The notes beneath the pieces were generated by a model. That model ran no database searches. It was given only the letters and a program-made list of their open reading frames with translations, and was not told the DNA's origin. A stretch of 64,000 nucleotides of DNA. It comes from Bacteroidota bacterium (GTDB lineage Bacteria; Bacteroidota; Bacteroidia; CAILMK01). Shown one piece after another: positions 55,198 through 64,000 of this stretch. Numbering within the stretch: the first letter of the stretch is position 1; every line of letters starts with the position of its first letter. Both the position numbers and the translations under genes were made by a program. The stretch spans positions 344 through 64,343 of the forward strand of contig JAWXCF010000038.1 in NCBI GenBank assembly GCA_034440515.1, written 5' to 3'.

Positions 55198-56301
55198 TTA
55201 CTCATTACACAATTCACCCTCTGCCATTAGAATGGCTTTTTCAGAACCAAGTTTTATTGCTTCTCTTAAGTCGTTGCAAATGAGTTCCTTGTCTTGGTGT
55301 AGAAATTTTCTAGCTATTGCTCTGTTGGTATAAATAAAATAGTTTTTAGGTGCTAATTCTTGGGCTTTATCATAAGCAGCTATGGCCTGTGAATAATCAT
55401 TATTATCGCCGTAAGTCAGAGCTAGTCTGAACCAAGCATCTGAAAAGCTAGGGTCGTTTTTCAACACCCTTTTCCAGTATATGATTGATTCATTATAGTT
55501 TTTCTTACCATAATATGCATTGGCTAAGTAATAGGTAGCCTGTATGTCATTGGGATAAATAGACAAAAACTTGGAAAGGTCAGCAACAGCCTCTGCAGCG
55601 CGAGCAGATTCTAAATAAGCATATCCCCTATATAAATAAACGAAATATTCTGCCGTATCTGCCTTAAGTACAGCATCATAGTAATTAATAGCCAGTAACT
55701 TATTGCCTTGATTCAGGGCAACACCGCCAGCCTTTTGCATCATAAATGATGGTCGATAGTTTGCTCTAGCCAAACTGTCATAGCCAAACAAAGCTTTATC
55801 TAAATTACCCTCTTTATTTACAGAATTGTAATAGCTTTCATCAGCTAATGGGCTAGTAGTTAGCCTACGAACCCGATCAAATGTATTAGAGGCATTAGAA
55901 TATTGTTTAATAGTTATTAAGTACTTAGCCTTTATTTCAAGCGCTTGCAACACAAGTGTGTATTTGTCCAATGTACCAAGTTGCTGAATAGAAACGGTCT
56001 CTAAGTTTTTTGTTTGTAGGCTTTTAGTATCAAAGTAGGCTGACTCTATTTTAGTTAAGTCTGGTAATGCCTTTTCCATTTCCTTTTTTTCAATGTAAAT
56101 CATCGCCCGTAGGTAATAACCTGCTAAGTCTTTAGGAAATGAAGTAATTAAATTTTTAGATACAGTATTGGCTTCGACCATTTTGCCATTTACCATCAGG
56201 CTCATACCCTTTTGCAAATCCTTTACCACCTTATTTGTTTGGGCAGTACCGGTGTGCATTTGAAATATAAATACTGTAAGAAGTATAACTATTCTGTTCA
56301 T
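55198..56301 (-). CDS. Tetratricopeptide-repeat protein with signal peptide
   Basis: 367 aa with multiple TPR units (…AIAAYDKAQELAPKNYFIYTNRAIARKFL…). Confidence 0.7.
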   Translation of the reverse strand: MNRIVILLTVFIFQMHTGTAQTNKVVKDLQKGMSLMVNGKMVEANTVSKNLITSFPKDLAGYYLRAMIYIEKKEMEKALPDLTKIESAYFDTKSLQTKNLETVSIQQLGTLDKYTLVLQALEIKAKYLITIKQYSNASNTFDRVRRLTTSPLADESYYNSVNKEGNLDKALFGYDSLARANYRPSFMMQKAGGVALNQGNKLLAINYYDAVLKADTAEYFVYLYRGYAYLESARAAEAVADLSKFLSIYPNDIQATYYLANAYYGKKNYNESIIYWKRVLKNDPSFSDAWFRLALTYGDNNDYSQAIAAYDKAQELAPKNYFIYTNRAIARKFLHQDKELICNDLREAIKLGSEKAILMAEGELCNE

Positions 56302-56307
56302 AATGAG

Positions 56308-57063
56308 TTACATAAAGAAAAAATCAATAATACTCACTTTCAAATTAAGCAATTTGAGTGTAGGGTCATTGCTATTTAATCTTTGTTGAGTGTATATGTG
56401 CTTTTTGGTGGCTTCGTCAATAGATGTTTTACCTTGTTGTGCGAGAAATATGTTGGTCTTAACCTTAGCTTGGTAATCTTTATCTAAATTACCACCACGC
56501 CAATCAGCTATTAGACCTCCAAATTCCCAGCCAAACCCATATAGATGAATATCTTGGGCATTTAGTTTAACTAATTCTTCTATGCTTGTACCTATTTTAA
56601 TTCCATCGGAAAATTTCCAAATGCTGTTTTCGTTTTTAATGCGTAATCGCACAGGATATTTCTGATAAATGGTGTCACTCCACACTATTTCTGCTTCAGC
56701 TGTTGTACCAGCAAACAGAACAGTTACGGTCATAGGCTTACCATCTACTTGTACTAACCTATTGCTAACGTTTGCTTTACCATATACGCTATCTAGCTTC
56801 GCCCTTGTAAAAAATATATTAATTATACCAGCAGATTTACCAGGGTTCATTGTGTAATTAAACTGAGTTGGGGCTAACTTAATCTCCGTACTTTGCTTCC
56901 TACCTGAATCAATATTTGGCGGGTTATCTGATTTTCCTTTTGCTATTGAATTTTTATCGTTCGTGTTGCCCTTAGTAGATTTATTATCTGGTTTACAAGT
57001 TACTAAATAGATAGTTGATGCTAAAAGTAATCCAAGTCTAAGTTTATTTATTATTGGTTTCAT
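56308..57063 (-). CDS. Hypothetical lipoprotein
   Basis: 251 aa with a lipoprotein signal (…ASTIYLVTC). Confidence 0.55.
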   Translation of the reverse strand: MKPIINKLRLGLLLASTIYLVTCKPDNKSTKGNTNDKNSIAKGKSDNPPNIDSGRKQSTEIKLAPTQFNYTMNPGKSAGIINIFFTRAKLDSVYGKANVSNRLVQVDGKPMTVTVLFAGTTAEAEIVWSDTIYQKYPVRLRIKNENSIWKFSDGIKIGTSIEELVKLNAQDIHLYGFGWEFGGLIADWRGGNLDKDYQAKVKTNIFLAQQGKTSIDEATKKHIYTQQRLNSNDPTLKLLNLKVSIIDFFFM

Positions 57064-58163
57064 TAAAGTAGTTGTGCGCTTGAATTTTGTAAATGATAAT
57101 ATCTAATACCTTCAAACTTTCCATCTATAATTTGCCTCAATCTATCTACAGAAGTGTCTGTAATAAAAATCTGTCCCATTTCTTGACCAATTATCCAAGA
57201 GAATAAATTCTTCAAGCGTTCATCATCTAAACGTTCACAAATGTCGTCAAGTAATAAAATGGGTGCAAATCCTTTTTTCGAATGCAGATACAAATATTGG
57301 GCAAGTTTTATTGCTATCAAATAGGTTTTTTGTTGACCTTGACTGCCCTGCTTCTTTACAGATGCATCATTTATCATCATTCCAATCTCATCTCTATGAA
57401 TGCCTGTATTAGTCCTACCCAACGCAATGTCTTTTCTCAGGCTTTGTTCCAATCCCAATTGAAATGCTTGATCCGATAATGTTGATACATAATTTAGTTT
57501 AGCATTCTCTTTACTATGAGATATTTGACCATATACTTTTCCAAACAATGGTACAAACTCCGTCATAAATTCAAGTCTAACTTTATAGATATTTTCACCT
57601 AAAGGAATTAGCTGTTCATTATAAATTCCCAACATCGATTGCATACTGGGTTTTTCATTAATTTGACGTAATGCAGCATTTCTCTGCTTCAATATTTTCT
57701 CATACTGTATTAAATTATTCAAATACAGCTTATCAGTCATACTGATTAAAGCATCTAGCCAATTTCGTCGCCCCTCACTTAATCCATTTACCAATTCTAA
57801 ATCTGCTGGGGCTATCATTACAATAGGATAGTTGCCATAATATTCTGAAATTTTAGAGAATGCAGCCTCATTTTGCCTAATTACCTTGCGTTTACCCTCT
57901 ATTAGTATGCACTCTAAGTGATAGTTATGGTCAAAATTTACAACATTGCCTCTTATGGCGAAATAGTTTTGCCAAATAGCTATCAAACTGGCGTCTTGCG
58001 CTGTAAAGTAACTTTTACCGGTGCACATCAGGTGAATGGCATCTAATATATTCGTTTTGCCTACACCATTTAACCCAGTAAAGCAAACTACCTGACCTAA
58101 GTCGCTTAGTTGCAACTTCTCATAGTTTTTAAAGTTTTCTATACTTATTTCGGTCAGATGCAT
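57063..58163 (-). CDS. recF: DNA replication and repair protein RecF
   Basis: It carries Walker A (GLNGVGKTNILDAI) and ABC-signature-like C-terminal motifs. The ATG at 58163 gives MHLTEISIENFKNYE…, the canonical RecF start. An alternative ATG lies at 58199. Confidence 0.88.
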   Translation of the reverse strand: MHLTEISIENFKNYEKLQLSDLGQVVCFTGLNGVGKTNILDAIHLMCTGKSYFTAQDASLIAIWQNYFAIRGNVVNFDHNYHLECILIEGKRKVIRQNEAAFSKISEYYGNYPIVMIAPADLELVNGLSEGRRNWLDALISMTDKLYLNNLIQYEKILKQRNAALRQINEKPSMQSMLGIYNEQLIPLGENIYKVRLEFMTEFVPLFGKVYGQISHSKENAKLNYVSTLSDQAFQLGLEQSLRKDIALGRTNTGIHRDEIGMMINDASVKKQGSQGQQKTYLIAIKLAQYLYLHSKKGFAPILLLDDICERLDDERLKNLFSWIIGQEMGQIFITDTSVDRLRQIIDGKFEGIRYYHLQNSSAQLL

Positions 58164-58237
58164 TGGAATGAATTGTGCTGGGGGCAAATATATGTGCATA
58201 GCTTTGCCTATAAATAAACGAATTTAAAGATTAAGCG

Positions 58238-58648
58238 ATGGGAAGACTAATGGCGATAGATTATGGACAAAAAAGATGTGGCATAGCAGTAAGTGACCCA
58301 TTAAAAATCATCGCTACTGGATTAACTACAGTGCTTACTCACGACTTACCGAAATGGATGAGCAATTATATACAAGCTAACGAAGTTGAAAAATTAGTAA
58401 TTGGGCTGCCACTTACATTAGGTGGTGATGTAAACGAAGTGGAAAGATTTATACTAGAATTTATTGCTTTTATGACAAAAAATCATAGTTCTATCCCCAT
58501 TATCAGACTAGATGAGCGCTTTACCAGCAAGCTAGCAGCTAATGCCATACTAAACAGCGGGATAAAAAAAAAAGATAGAAAAGATAAATCATTGGTAGAT
58601 CAAGTTAGTGCTACCATACTTTTACAAAACTATATGTACAGTCTATAA
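58238..58648 (+). CDS. ruvX: Putative pre-16S rRNA nuclease / Holliday-junction resolvase-like YqgF (RuvX)
   Basis: 136 aa, MGRLMAIDYGQKRCGIAVSD…, the YqgF/RuvX N-terminal motif. Confidence 0.85.
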   Translation: MGRLMAIDYGQKRCGIAVSDPLKIIATGLTTVLTHDLPKWMSNYIQANEVEKLVIGLPLTLGGDVNEVERFILEFIAFMTKNHSSIPIIRLDERFTSKLAANAILNSGIKKKDRKDKSLVDQVSATILLQNYMYSL

Positions 58649-58725
58649 TAAATATTTCAATATAATAATATTGTAAATGTAGCTTTGTGGGATAACTACT
58701 TTTTGCAAATTAATTTTTTAGTCAA

Positions 58726-59289
58726 ATGATATTACCGATTGTGGTACTAGGAAATCCTGTCTTAAAAAAACAAGCTGAAGACATAACTACAGGGTATCCT
58801 GATATTCAACTATTACTAGATAATATGTTTGAAACAATGGATAACGCCAAGGGAGTTGGACTTGCTGCCCCGCAAATAGGGAAATCCATTCGAGTATTTA
58901 TTGTGGATGCTGGTGGTATGGATGAAGACAAGTACAAAAATTTTAGGGAAGTTTTTATAAATCCTGAAATAACAGAAGAAAGTGGAGAGACTTGGAAATT
59001 TGAAGAGGGTTGCCTAAGTATTCCAGGAATTAGAGAAATGGTTGAAAGACCTGAAATCATAAAAATCACTTATTTAGACAGGAATTTCATTAGCCACACA
59101 ACTGTATTTGATGGAATTGCTGCAAGAATTATACAGCACGAGTACGATCATATAGAGGGAGTACTTTTTACTGATTTAATTCCAAACTTTAAGAAAGTCT
59201 TGATAAAGAGCAGGTTAAATAATATAATAAAAGGGGAATATAAAGCTGATTATCCTACCAAGCGAATTCTAATAAAGAAGGCTAAATAA
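58726..59289 (+). CDS. def: Peptide deformylase
   Basis: 187 aa with GVGLAAPQIG, EGCLSIPG and QHEYDHIEG motifs. Confidence 0.93.
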   Translation: MILPIVVLGNPVLKKQAEDITTGYPDIQLLLDNMFETMDNAKGVGLAAPQIGKSIRVFIVDAGGMDEDKYKNFREVFINPEITEESGETWKFEEGCLSIPGIREMVERPEIIKITYLDRNFISHTTVFDGIAARIIQHEYDHIEGVLFTDLIPNFKKVLIKSRLNNIIKGEYKADYPTKRILIKKAK

Positions 59290-59303
59290 GTCGTCAATAT
59301 TTA

Positions 59304-59948
59304 TTATGCCTTATTGGATTTAATTTTCTCAACTATGTCCATATCGATTTCCAATTCATCGAAATCTTTCATACCGGGTTGTTCTTCATCTCCACCTATA
59401 AAATGAAAACCTAGAGGCATATATAATTCTTGTACTTTAATTGCATCAGCTTTAAAGTCTGATACTTGAAGCAATACGTTGCTCATTTCAATTATATCTT
59501 GTAACTTTATTCTAAAATCAAGCTCAACATTTGTAAAATCTTTGCAAGCTATAATCCATAATTCTGGAGCATTCTTGGCATTAGCTATATCTTGTACTAT
59601 TTTATCTAATTGAGCTAAGTCTATGACTTCAACGTGTTGAATAATGCTACAATGCTCTGATATACTCGACCAAATGTTCGGCTTGTAATCATTTAATTGA
59701 ATGTAATCTAGATTCAGACGCTCCTGCATATTTAACATTAGCTCAGCTATATCTCCATTAAATTCCCCAACTAGCAAAGGACCTGTCATCCAATTGATTA
59801 TTTCTGCAGCCTTGTCCGGTGCTACATAGCTTGGATTATCAGGATTAAAGCTAAACCCCAGCAAATTAATTCCTGCAGCTGCTGCCCAACGAGCATCACT
59901 TAAATTATTTACGGCGCCAAGCTTAACTATTGGTGATTCGTCTAACAT
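59304..59948 (-). CDS. Phosphoribosylanthranilate isomerase (TrpF)-like protein
   Basis: 214 aa whose pattern parallels TrpF (…DARWAAAAGINLLGFSFNPDNPSYVAPDKAAEI…NLDYIQLND…). No other trp genes are adjacent. Confidence 0.45.
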   Translation of the reverse strand: MLDESPIVKLGAVNNLSDARWAAAAGINLLGFSFNPDNPSYVAPDKAAEIINWMTGPLLVGEFNGDIAELMLNMQERLNLDYIQLNDYKPNIWSSISEHCSIIQHVEVIDLAQLDKIVQDIANAKNAPELWIIACKDFTNVELDFRIKLQDIIEMSNVLLQVSDFKADAIKVQELYMPLGFHFIGGDEEQPGMKDFDELEIDMDIVEKIKSNKA

Positions 59949-60011
59949 ACTCTTAATTATTTCGCTAGCAAATGTGCAAGCTAATCTATTAAAACGAGTG
60001 AATATAAGTAA

Positions 60012-60599
60012 TTATAATGCAGTTTTAGACTCATCTGTGTAGGCTTCTGCTATTTGCTCTAAATCTTGATACCAAACTGGACCATACGCTCTGATAAGTG
60101 GTTCCTTTAGAAATTTATATATAGGCATTCCCAATGCCTCGCCCAAACTACAAGCTGGACTGCAAACAGACCAACGGTTGTAGTTAAGTGCATCATAGCC
60201 TCCTACTTTAGATACCCTAATAGGGTATAAATGACAACTTAATGGTTTATGAAACTCTAGCTTACCAGCTAAATGTGCCGTTTCTATTGCGCACTTGTGT
60301 ATGCCGTCTGGCTGAGTAAGTACAAATACACACTCATTTCCGTCTATACAGGTAGTTACTAGCTCTCCATCTGTGTCATATTCATAAAATCCACGTTCCT
60401 CTAACAAACCTATTCCAGCCTCACTCATATATGGAATTATGGCATTTATATTGTCAGTTATGATAGTTGCCTCGGCTGAAGTGATTGGTGCGCCGATGTC
60501 CCCCTCTACACAACAGGCACCTTTGCAAGCAGATAAATTACAAACAAATTCGTTATCTAATAATTCTTCACTTATTATTGTTTGCTCTAGTATAATCAT
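60012..60599 (-). CDS. Cysteine-rich protein, DUF3109-like (hypothetical)
   Basis: 195 aa with clustered Cys (CNLSACKGACC…, CIDGNEC, CSPACS). The DUF3109 assignment is from memory only. Confidence 0.4.
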   Translation of the reverse strand: MIILEQTIISEELLDNEFVCNLSACKGACCVEGDIGAPITSAEATIITDNINAIIPYMSEAGIGLLEERGFYEYDTDGELVTTCIDGNECVFVLTQPDGIHKCAIETAHLAGKLEFHKPLSCHLYPIRVSKVGGYDALNYNRWSVCSPACSLGEALGMPIYKFLKEPLIRAYGPVWYQDLEQIAEAYTDESKTAL

Positions 60600-60837
60600 C
60601 TTTTTTAATTTAGTGTAAGACTTTAGTTCAAATATAAATCTATAAGTATTAGAGTGTAGTGTTAGGATTGAAGTCTATTAATTGAAGTCTAACAAATAAT
60701 TTAATAAAGAGAATACCTAAAATAGGTAAACCCAGAATTAACAACTAGCTTAATTAAAGTAAATGGGAAATAAATATTTTATTATTTTTTTCAGTTTCAA
60801 GTTAGATTGACGGTACTTTGTTTGAAATACCGAAATA

Positions 60838-61473
60838 ATGTTATTTGACCATAGTAGTATTGATCACCTAAAAGAGGAATTGGTAACCTGCATTCACTTC
60901 TTGCATAGTCAACATTGGGCACCAGCTACCAGTAGCAACTATTCATTCAGAATTCCAGACCACGATATGTACTGCATCAGTCAGTCAGGTAAAGATAAAG
61001 GCGAATTTGATTATAATGATTTAATGATTATTAATAATTCCGGTGAGCCAGTTGAGGACGTGGAACTTAGACCTAGTGCAGAAACCTTGCTTCATACTTT
61101 AATATATGAAAACCCACTGACCAACTGTGTACTTCATACCCACTCAGCCATAAATACTGTACTAAGTACCGCACATTTAGCTGAGGGTAAGGTAACGATA
61201 GCTGGTTATGAATTGCTAAAGGGACTTTCTGGCATTGCAACCCACAATCATTCTGTTGACATTCCAATATTTGATAATGATCAAGATATGACCAGTCTTA
61301 GTCAAAAAATTCGTATGTATCAGGCATCAAATCCAAATATGTACGGCTTTTTATTAGCTGGACACGGTCTATACACTTGGGGTAAAACTATAAAAGAAGC
61401 TCGAAGACATATAGAAGTGTTAGAATTTTTATTTGAAGTAACGTTTAAAAGTAAATTGTATGGCCGTTCTTAA
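60838..61473 (+). CDS. mtnB: Methylthioribulose-1-phosphate dehydratase (class II aldolase/adducin family)
   Basis: 211 aa in the class II aldolase fold (…NCVLHTHSAINTVLS…). It is the first gene of an overlapping three-gene mtn cluster. Confidence 0.75.
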   Translation: MLFDHSSIDHLKEELVTCIHFLHSQHWAPATSSNYSFRIPDHDMYCISQSGKDKGEFDYNDLMIINNSGEPVEDVELRPSAETLLHTLIYENPLTNCVLHTHSAINTVLSTAHLAEGKVTIAGYELLKGLSGIATHNHSVDIPIFDNDQDMTSLSQKIRMYQASNPNMYGFLLAGHGLYTWGKTIKEARRHIEVLEFLFEVTFKSKLYGRS

Positions 61474-62011
61474 TATTCCAGACTCAAACTATAGCAATAG
61501 CAACCCAGTTGACATAAAAGACTTCTTACAAGAAAGGGGCATTTGGTTTGATCAATGGTCAGCTAATGTTGAATTGCAAAATGATGCCGATCAAGCTACT
61601 ATCTTAGGTGCTTATACAGAAAGTCTAATGCCATTTATGAAAAAAATGGGTTACGAAACTGCAGATGTATTAAACGTACATAGTGAAACTGAAAATTTGC
61701 CTGCCATTCGAGCCAAATTTCTAAAAGAACACACCCATACCGAAGATGAAATTAGATTCTTCGTAGATGGTCAGGGATACTTTTGGTTTAATTTGGGTAA
61801 TGATGAGCCGATATTTAATGTTCTTTGCCAAGCTGGAGATTTGATTAGTGTGCCTCCTGGCATTTCACATTGGTTTGACCTTGGCACACCTCCATTTGTT
61901 AAGGCTATTAGGGTATTCACAGATCAATCTGGATGGGTTCCACATTACACAGAATCTGGTATTGACCAGAAGTACAATCCTAAATATGATAATGATCCTG
62001 CTGGCGTATGA
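61460..62011 (+). CDS. mtnD: Acireductone dioxygenase (ARD, cupin)
   Basis: 183 aa with the cupin motif …EHTHTEDEIRFFVDGQGYFWFNLGNDEPIFNVLCQAGDLISVPPGISHWFD…. Confidence 0.85.
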   Translation: MAVLNIPDSNYSNSNPVDIKDFLQERGIWFDQWSANVELQNDADQATILGAYTESLMPFMKKMGYETADVLNVHSETENLPAIRAKFLKEHTHTEDEIRFFVDGQGYFWFNLGNDEPIFNVLCQAGDLISVPPGISHWFDLGTPPFVKAIRVFTDQSGWVPHYTESGIDQKYNPKYDNDPAGV

Positions 62012-62706
62012 TAAAATATATATTAACAGACCTAGAGGGAACTGCCTGTAGCATAAACTATGTGCATAAAGTTTTATTCCCATATTCATTGCTTCACATT
62101 TCAGATTTTGCACATAAGTACCTACAGGAAAGTACAGTGCAAGCTGCACTAGCAGAGGCACTAAACACAATTAAAGTTGAAACTGACAAAGCTGTAGAAA
62201 TTGATGAATGCATCACTTTCTTAAAGAGTTGGATAACAACAGATAGGAAACATCCTGCCTTGAAAATATTACAAGGCTTAATCTGGGACAAAGGTTATAA
62301 AAATGGAGAATTAAAAGCACACCTCTATAACGATGTGTTGAGTTCATTCATTAGCTGGACGGGATCAGATATACTAATTGGTATATACAGCAGTGGCAGT
62401 GTATTAGCCCAAAAACTATTAATGGAATACTCTGAATTAGGAGACATTACTCCATTAATTAGCGATTATATAGACCCAACTATGGTAGGACCTAAAGCTG
62501 AAAGAGCATCGTACCTTAAAATTACAGAATACCTAAGCCTAAAGGCTAATTGTATTCTATTCCTAAGTGATGTACCTGCTGAGCTAGATGCAGCTAAATC
62601 TGCAGGGATGATAACTGTACAAGTGCATAGGTCAGACAATGAAGTATTTGTCAGCTCTAATCACCATCAAATAGAGAATTTCACTCAAGTTGCTCAGTTA
62701 ATCTAA
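62008..62706 (+). CDS. mtnC: Enolase-phosphatase E1 (HAD family)
   Basis: 232 aa, MIKYILTDLEGTACSI…, the HAD motif I (DxEGT). It overlaps mtnD by ATGA. Confidence 0.85.
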   Translation: MIKYILTDLEGTACSINYVHKVLFPYSLLHISDFAHKYLQESTVQAALAEALNTIKVETDKAVEIDECITFLKSWITTDRKHPALKILQGLIWDKGYKNGELKAHLYNDVLSSFISWTGSDILIGIYSSGSVLAQKLLMEYSELGDITPLISDYIDPTMVGPKAERASYLKITEYLSLKANCILFLSDVPAELDAAKSAGMITVQVHRSDNEVFVSSNHHQIENFTQVAQLI

Positions 62707-62724
62707 TTTAGTAATTAAGATCCT

Positions 62725-63612
62725 TTGACAGATACAAGACGCTCCTATTTAATATTACATTTTGTAATATTTCTTTGGGGCTTTACTGCTATTTTAGGTC
62801 AGCTAATTAGCATATCTGCATTGCCTTTGGTTTTTTATAGATTAGTAATTACCTGCCTAAGTCTTTTGGTTTTTAGGGGTCTTATACCTAATATAAGGGT
62901 TATATCTACACGTACTAAGTGGAAACTATTAGGAATAGGGATTATTGTTACCCTCCACTGGATTGCATTCTATGGCTCAATAAAATTAAGTAGTATCACC
63001 GTTGCACTTGCTTGTTTGGCAACTACCAGTTTCTTTACAAGTATAATAGAACCAATTGTCGTAAGAAGAAAAATAGATTTGCTAGAGGTTGGATTGGGAA
63101 TATTGGTCATACCGGGTATTTTCCTAATCTATTATTTCACTAATGCCTCACTAATAGCACTAATAGTAGGACTATTTTCTGCATTAATGGCAGCTATATT
63201 TCCTGTTTTAAATTCAAAATTTGTAAAAGAAATAGATGCTAAAGCTATAACATTTTTAGAATTAGGAGCAGGGGCTGTATTACTTGGATTATTATTCCCA
63301 ATACTATACATCTCACAACCAGATCTTCGTCTTATACCAAATCTAAACGACTTAGTTTGGCTACTCATATTAGGGATAGTATGTACAACCCTACCCTTTG
63401 TTTTAGCATTAAATGTATTGAAGAAAATATCGGCTTTTTCAGCATCATTAGCTATCAATCTTGAGCCGATTTATGGAATAATAATGGCCATAATTATTTT
63501 TAAGGAAAATAAGAAATTTGACAATTTGACTTATTTAGGTCTGGTAATTGTGCTAATTAGTGTGTTTTCTCACCCTGTTATTAAGTATTATTTAAAAAGT
63601 AATGAGAAATAA
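62725..63612 (+). CDS. EamA/DMT-superfamily transporter
   Basis: 295 aa with about 10 TM helices arranged as duplicated EamA halves. Apparent TTG start. Confidence 0.65.
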   Translation: MTDTRRSYLILHFVIFLWGFTAILGQLISISALPLVFYRLVITCLSLLVFRGLIPNIRVISTRTKWKLLGIGIIVTLHWIAFYGSIKLSSITVALACLATTSFFTSIIEPIVVRRKIDLLEVGLGILVIPGIFLIYYFTNASLIALIVGLFSALMAAIFPVLNSKFVKEIDAKAITFLELGAGAVLLGLLFPILYISQPDLRLIPNLNDLVWLLILGIVCTTLPFVLALNVLKKISAFSASLAINLEPIYGIIMAIIIFKENKKFDNLTYLGLVIVLISVFSHPVIKYYLKSNEK

Positions 63613-64000
63613 AAGATGGTTAACTTAATCCAACTATCAATCATTAATTGAATAAAATCTGTTATAAACTGGAATTGCGACCAATTTGTATATTAAGTTT
63701 ATGAACCAAATTTTATGGTTTTCTAAATAATATTTAGATTTTTTTTGATAATTTGTTTATGTAAACTTTTCTACCAATGTTACCACCAGGTGAAATGATA
63801 TAATTTGTAAAAATACCTTTCCTCATACAAACTAAAAAACGTAGTATACCTAACTTTAGAAAATTGGATACCATAAATTGTATCTGAATCAATTCCTTTT
63901 TGCTTGTTCTTTTTTAAATTAAAAATAGAAATTGGGCCATAATTGTAAAGTAAATTATCAATTCATCATTTACAATGGTAATATTTTCGGAACTTACTAC

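Noticed and set aside
60600-60837. SAM riboswitch upstream of mtnB
   Set aside because: I could not find the conserved SAM-I core or a SAM-II pseudoknot pattern by eye. It is left as an untested possibility, not called.

Overview
This 64 kb window is from a low-GC Bacteroidetes-type chromosome. The lineage call rests on ribosomal and RNA polymerase gene order, a DUF3467 gene after rpoC, the hpf–xerC–rpsU arrangement and lipobox-style signal peptides. Most of the window is core housekeeping DNA.

Two large essential gene blocks lie on the minus strand:
- Block 1 (1–7026): rpsC (partial), rplV, rpsS, rplB, rplW, rplD, rplC, rpsJ, fusA, rpsG, rpsL — a fused str/S10 cluster.
- Block 2 (13149–28747): DUF3467, rpoC, rpoB, rplL, rplJ, rplA, rplK, nusG, secE, tRNA-Trp, tuf, tRNA-Thr/Gly/Tyr/Thr, then hpf, a xerC-like recombinase and rpsU.

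These two blocks are separated by a ~6 kb accessory insertion (7027–13148) encoding surface and secreted proteins: an outer-membrane beta-barrel, three tandem DUF1573 paralogs, a DUF4403-like lipoprotein, a secreted leucine-rich-repeat protein and a tiny membrane ORF.

The right half of the window carries the following housekeeping genes:
- an acyl-CoA dehydrogenase and a ComEA-like protein;
- miaB, a sensor-less sigma-54 activator, an LptE-like lipoprotein and secG;
- groES/groEL;
- a NamZ-like hydrolase, a LolC/E-like permease, a TetR regulator and a TolC/MFP/RND efflux operon;
- surE, lpxB, tRNA-Ala, recF, ruvX and def;
- an mtnB-mtnD-mtnC methionine-salvage cluster and an EamA transporter.

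The most unusual locus is 39.1–43.2 kb, immediately downstream of groEL. It holds an AT-rich tandem array of at least 4 intact and at least 2 degraded paralogs. Each paralog has a lipoprotein-type signal, a variable middle region, a C-terminal two-helix membrane hairpin and a charged tail. Neighbouring copies share near-identical nucleotide termini, which suggests recent duplication or gene conversion. I could not assign this family to any known system.

No CRISPR arrays, rRNA genes or obvious mobile elements were seen. Several core genes appear to use TTG or GTG start codons.
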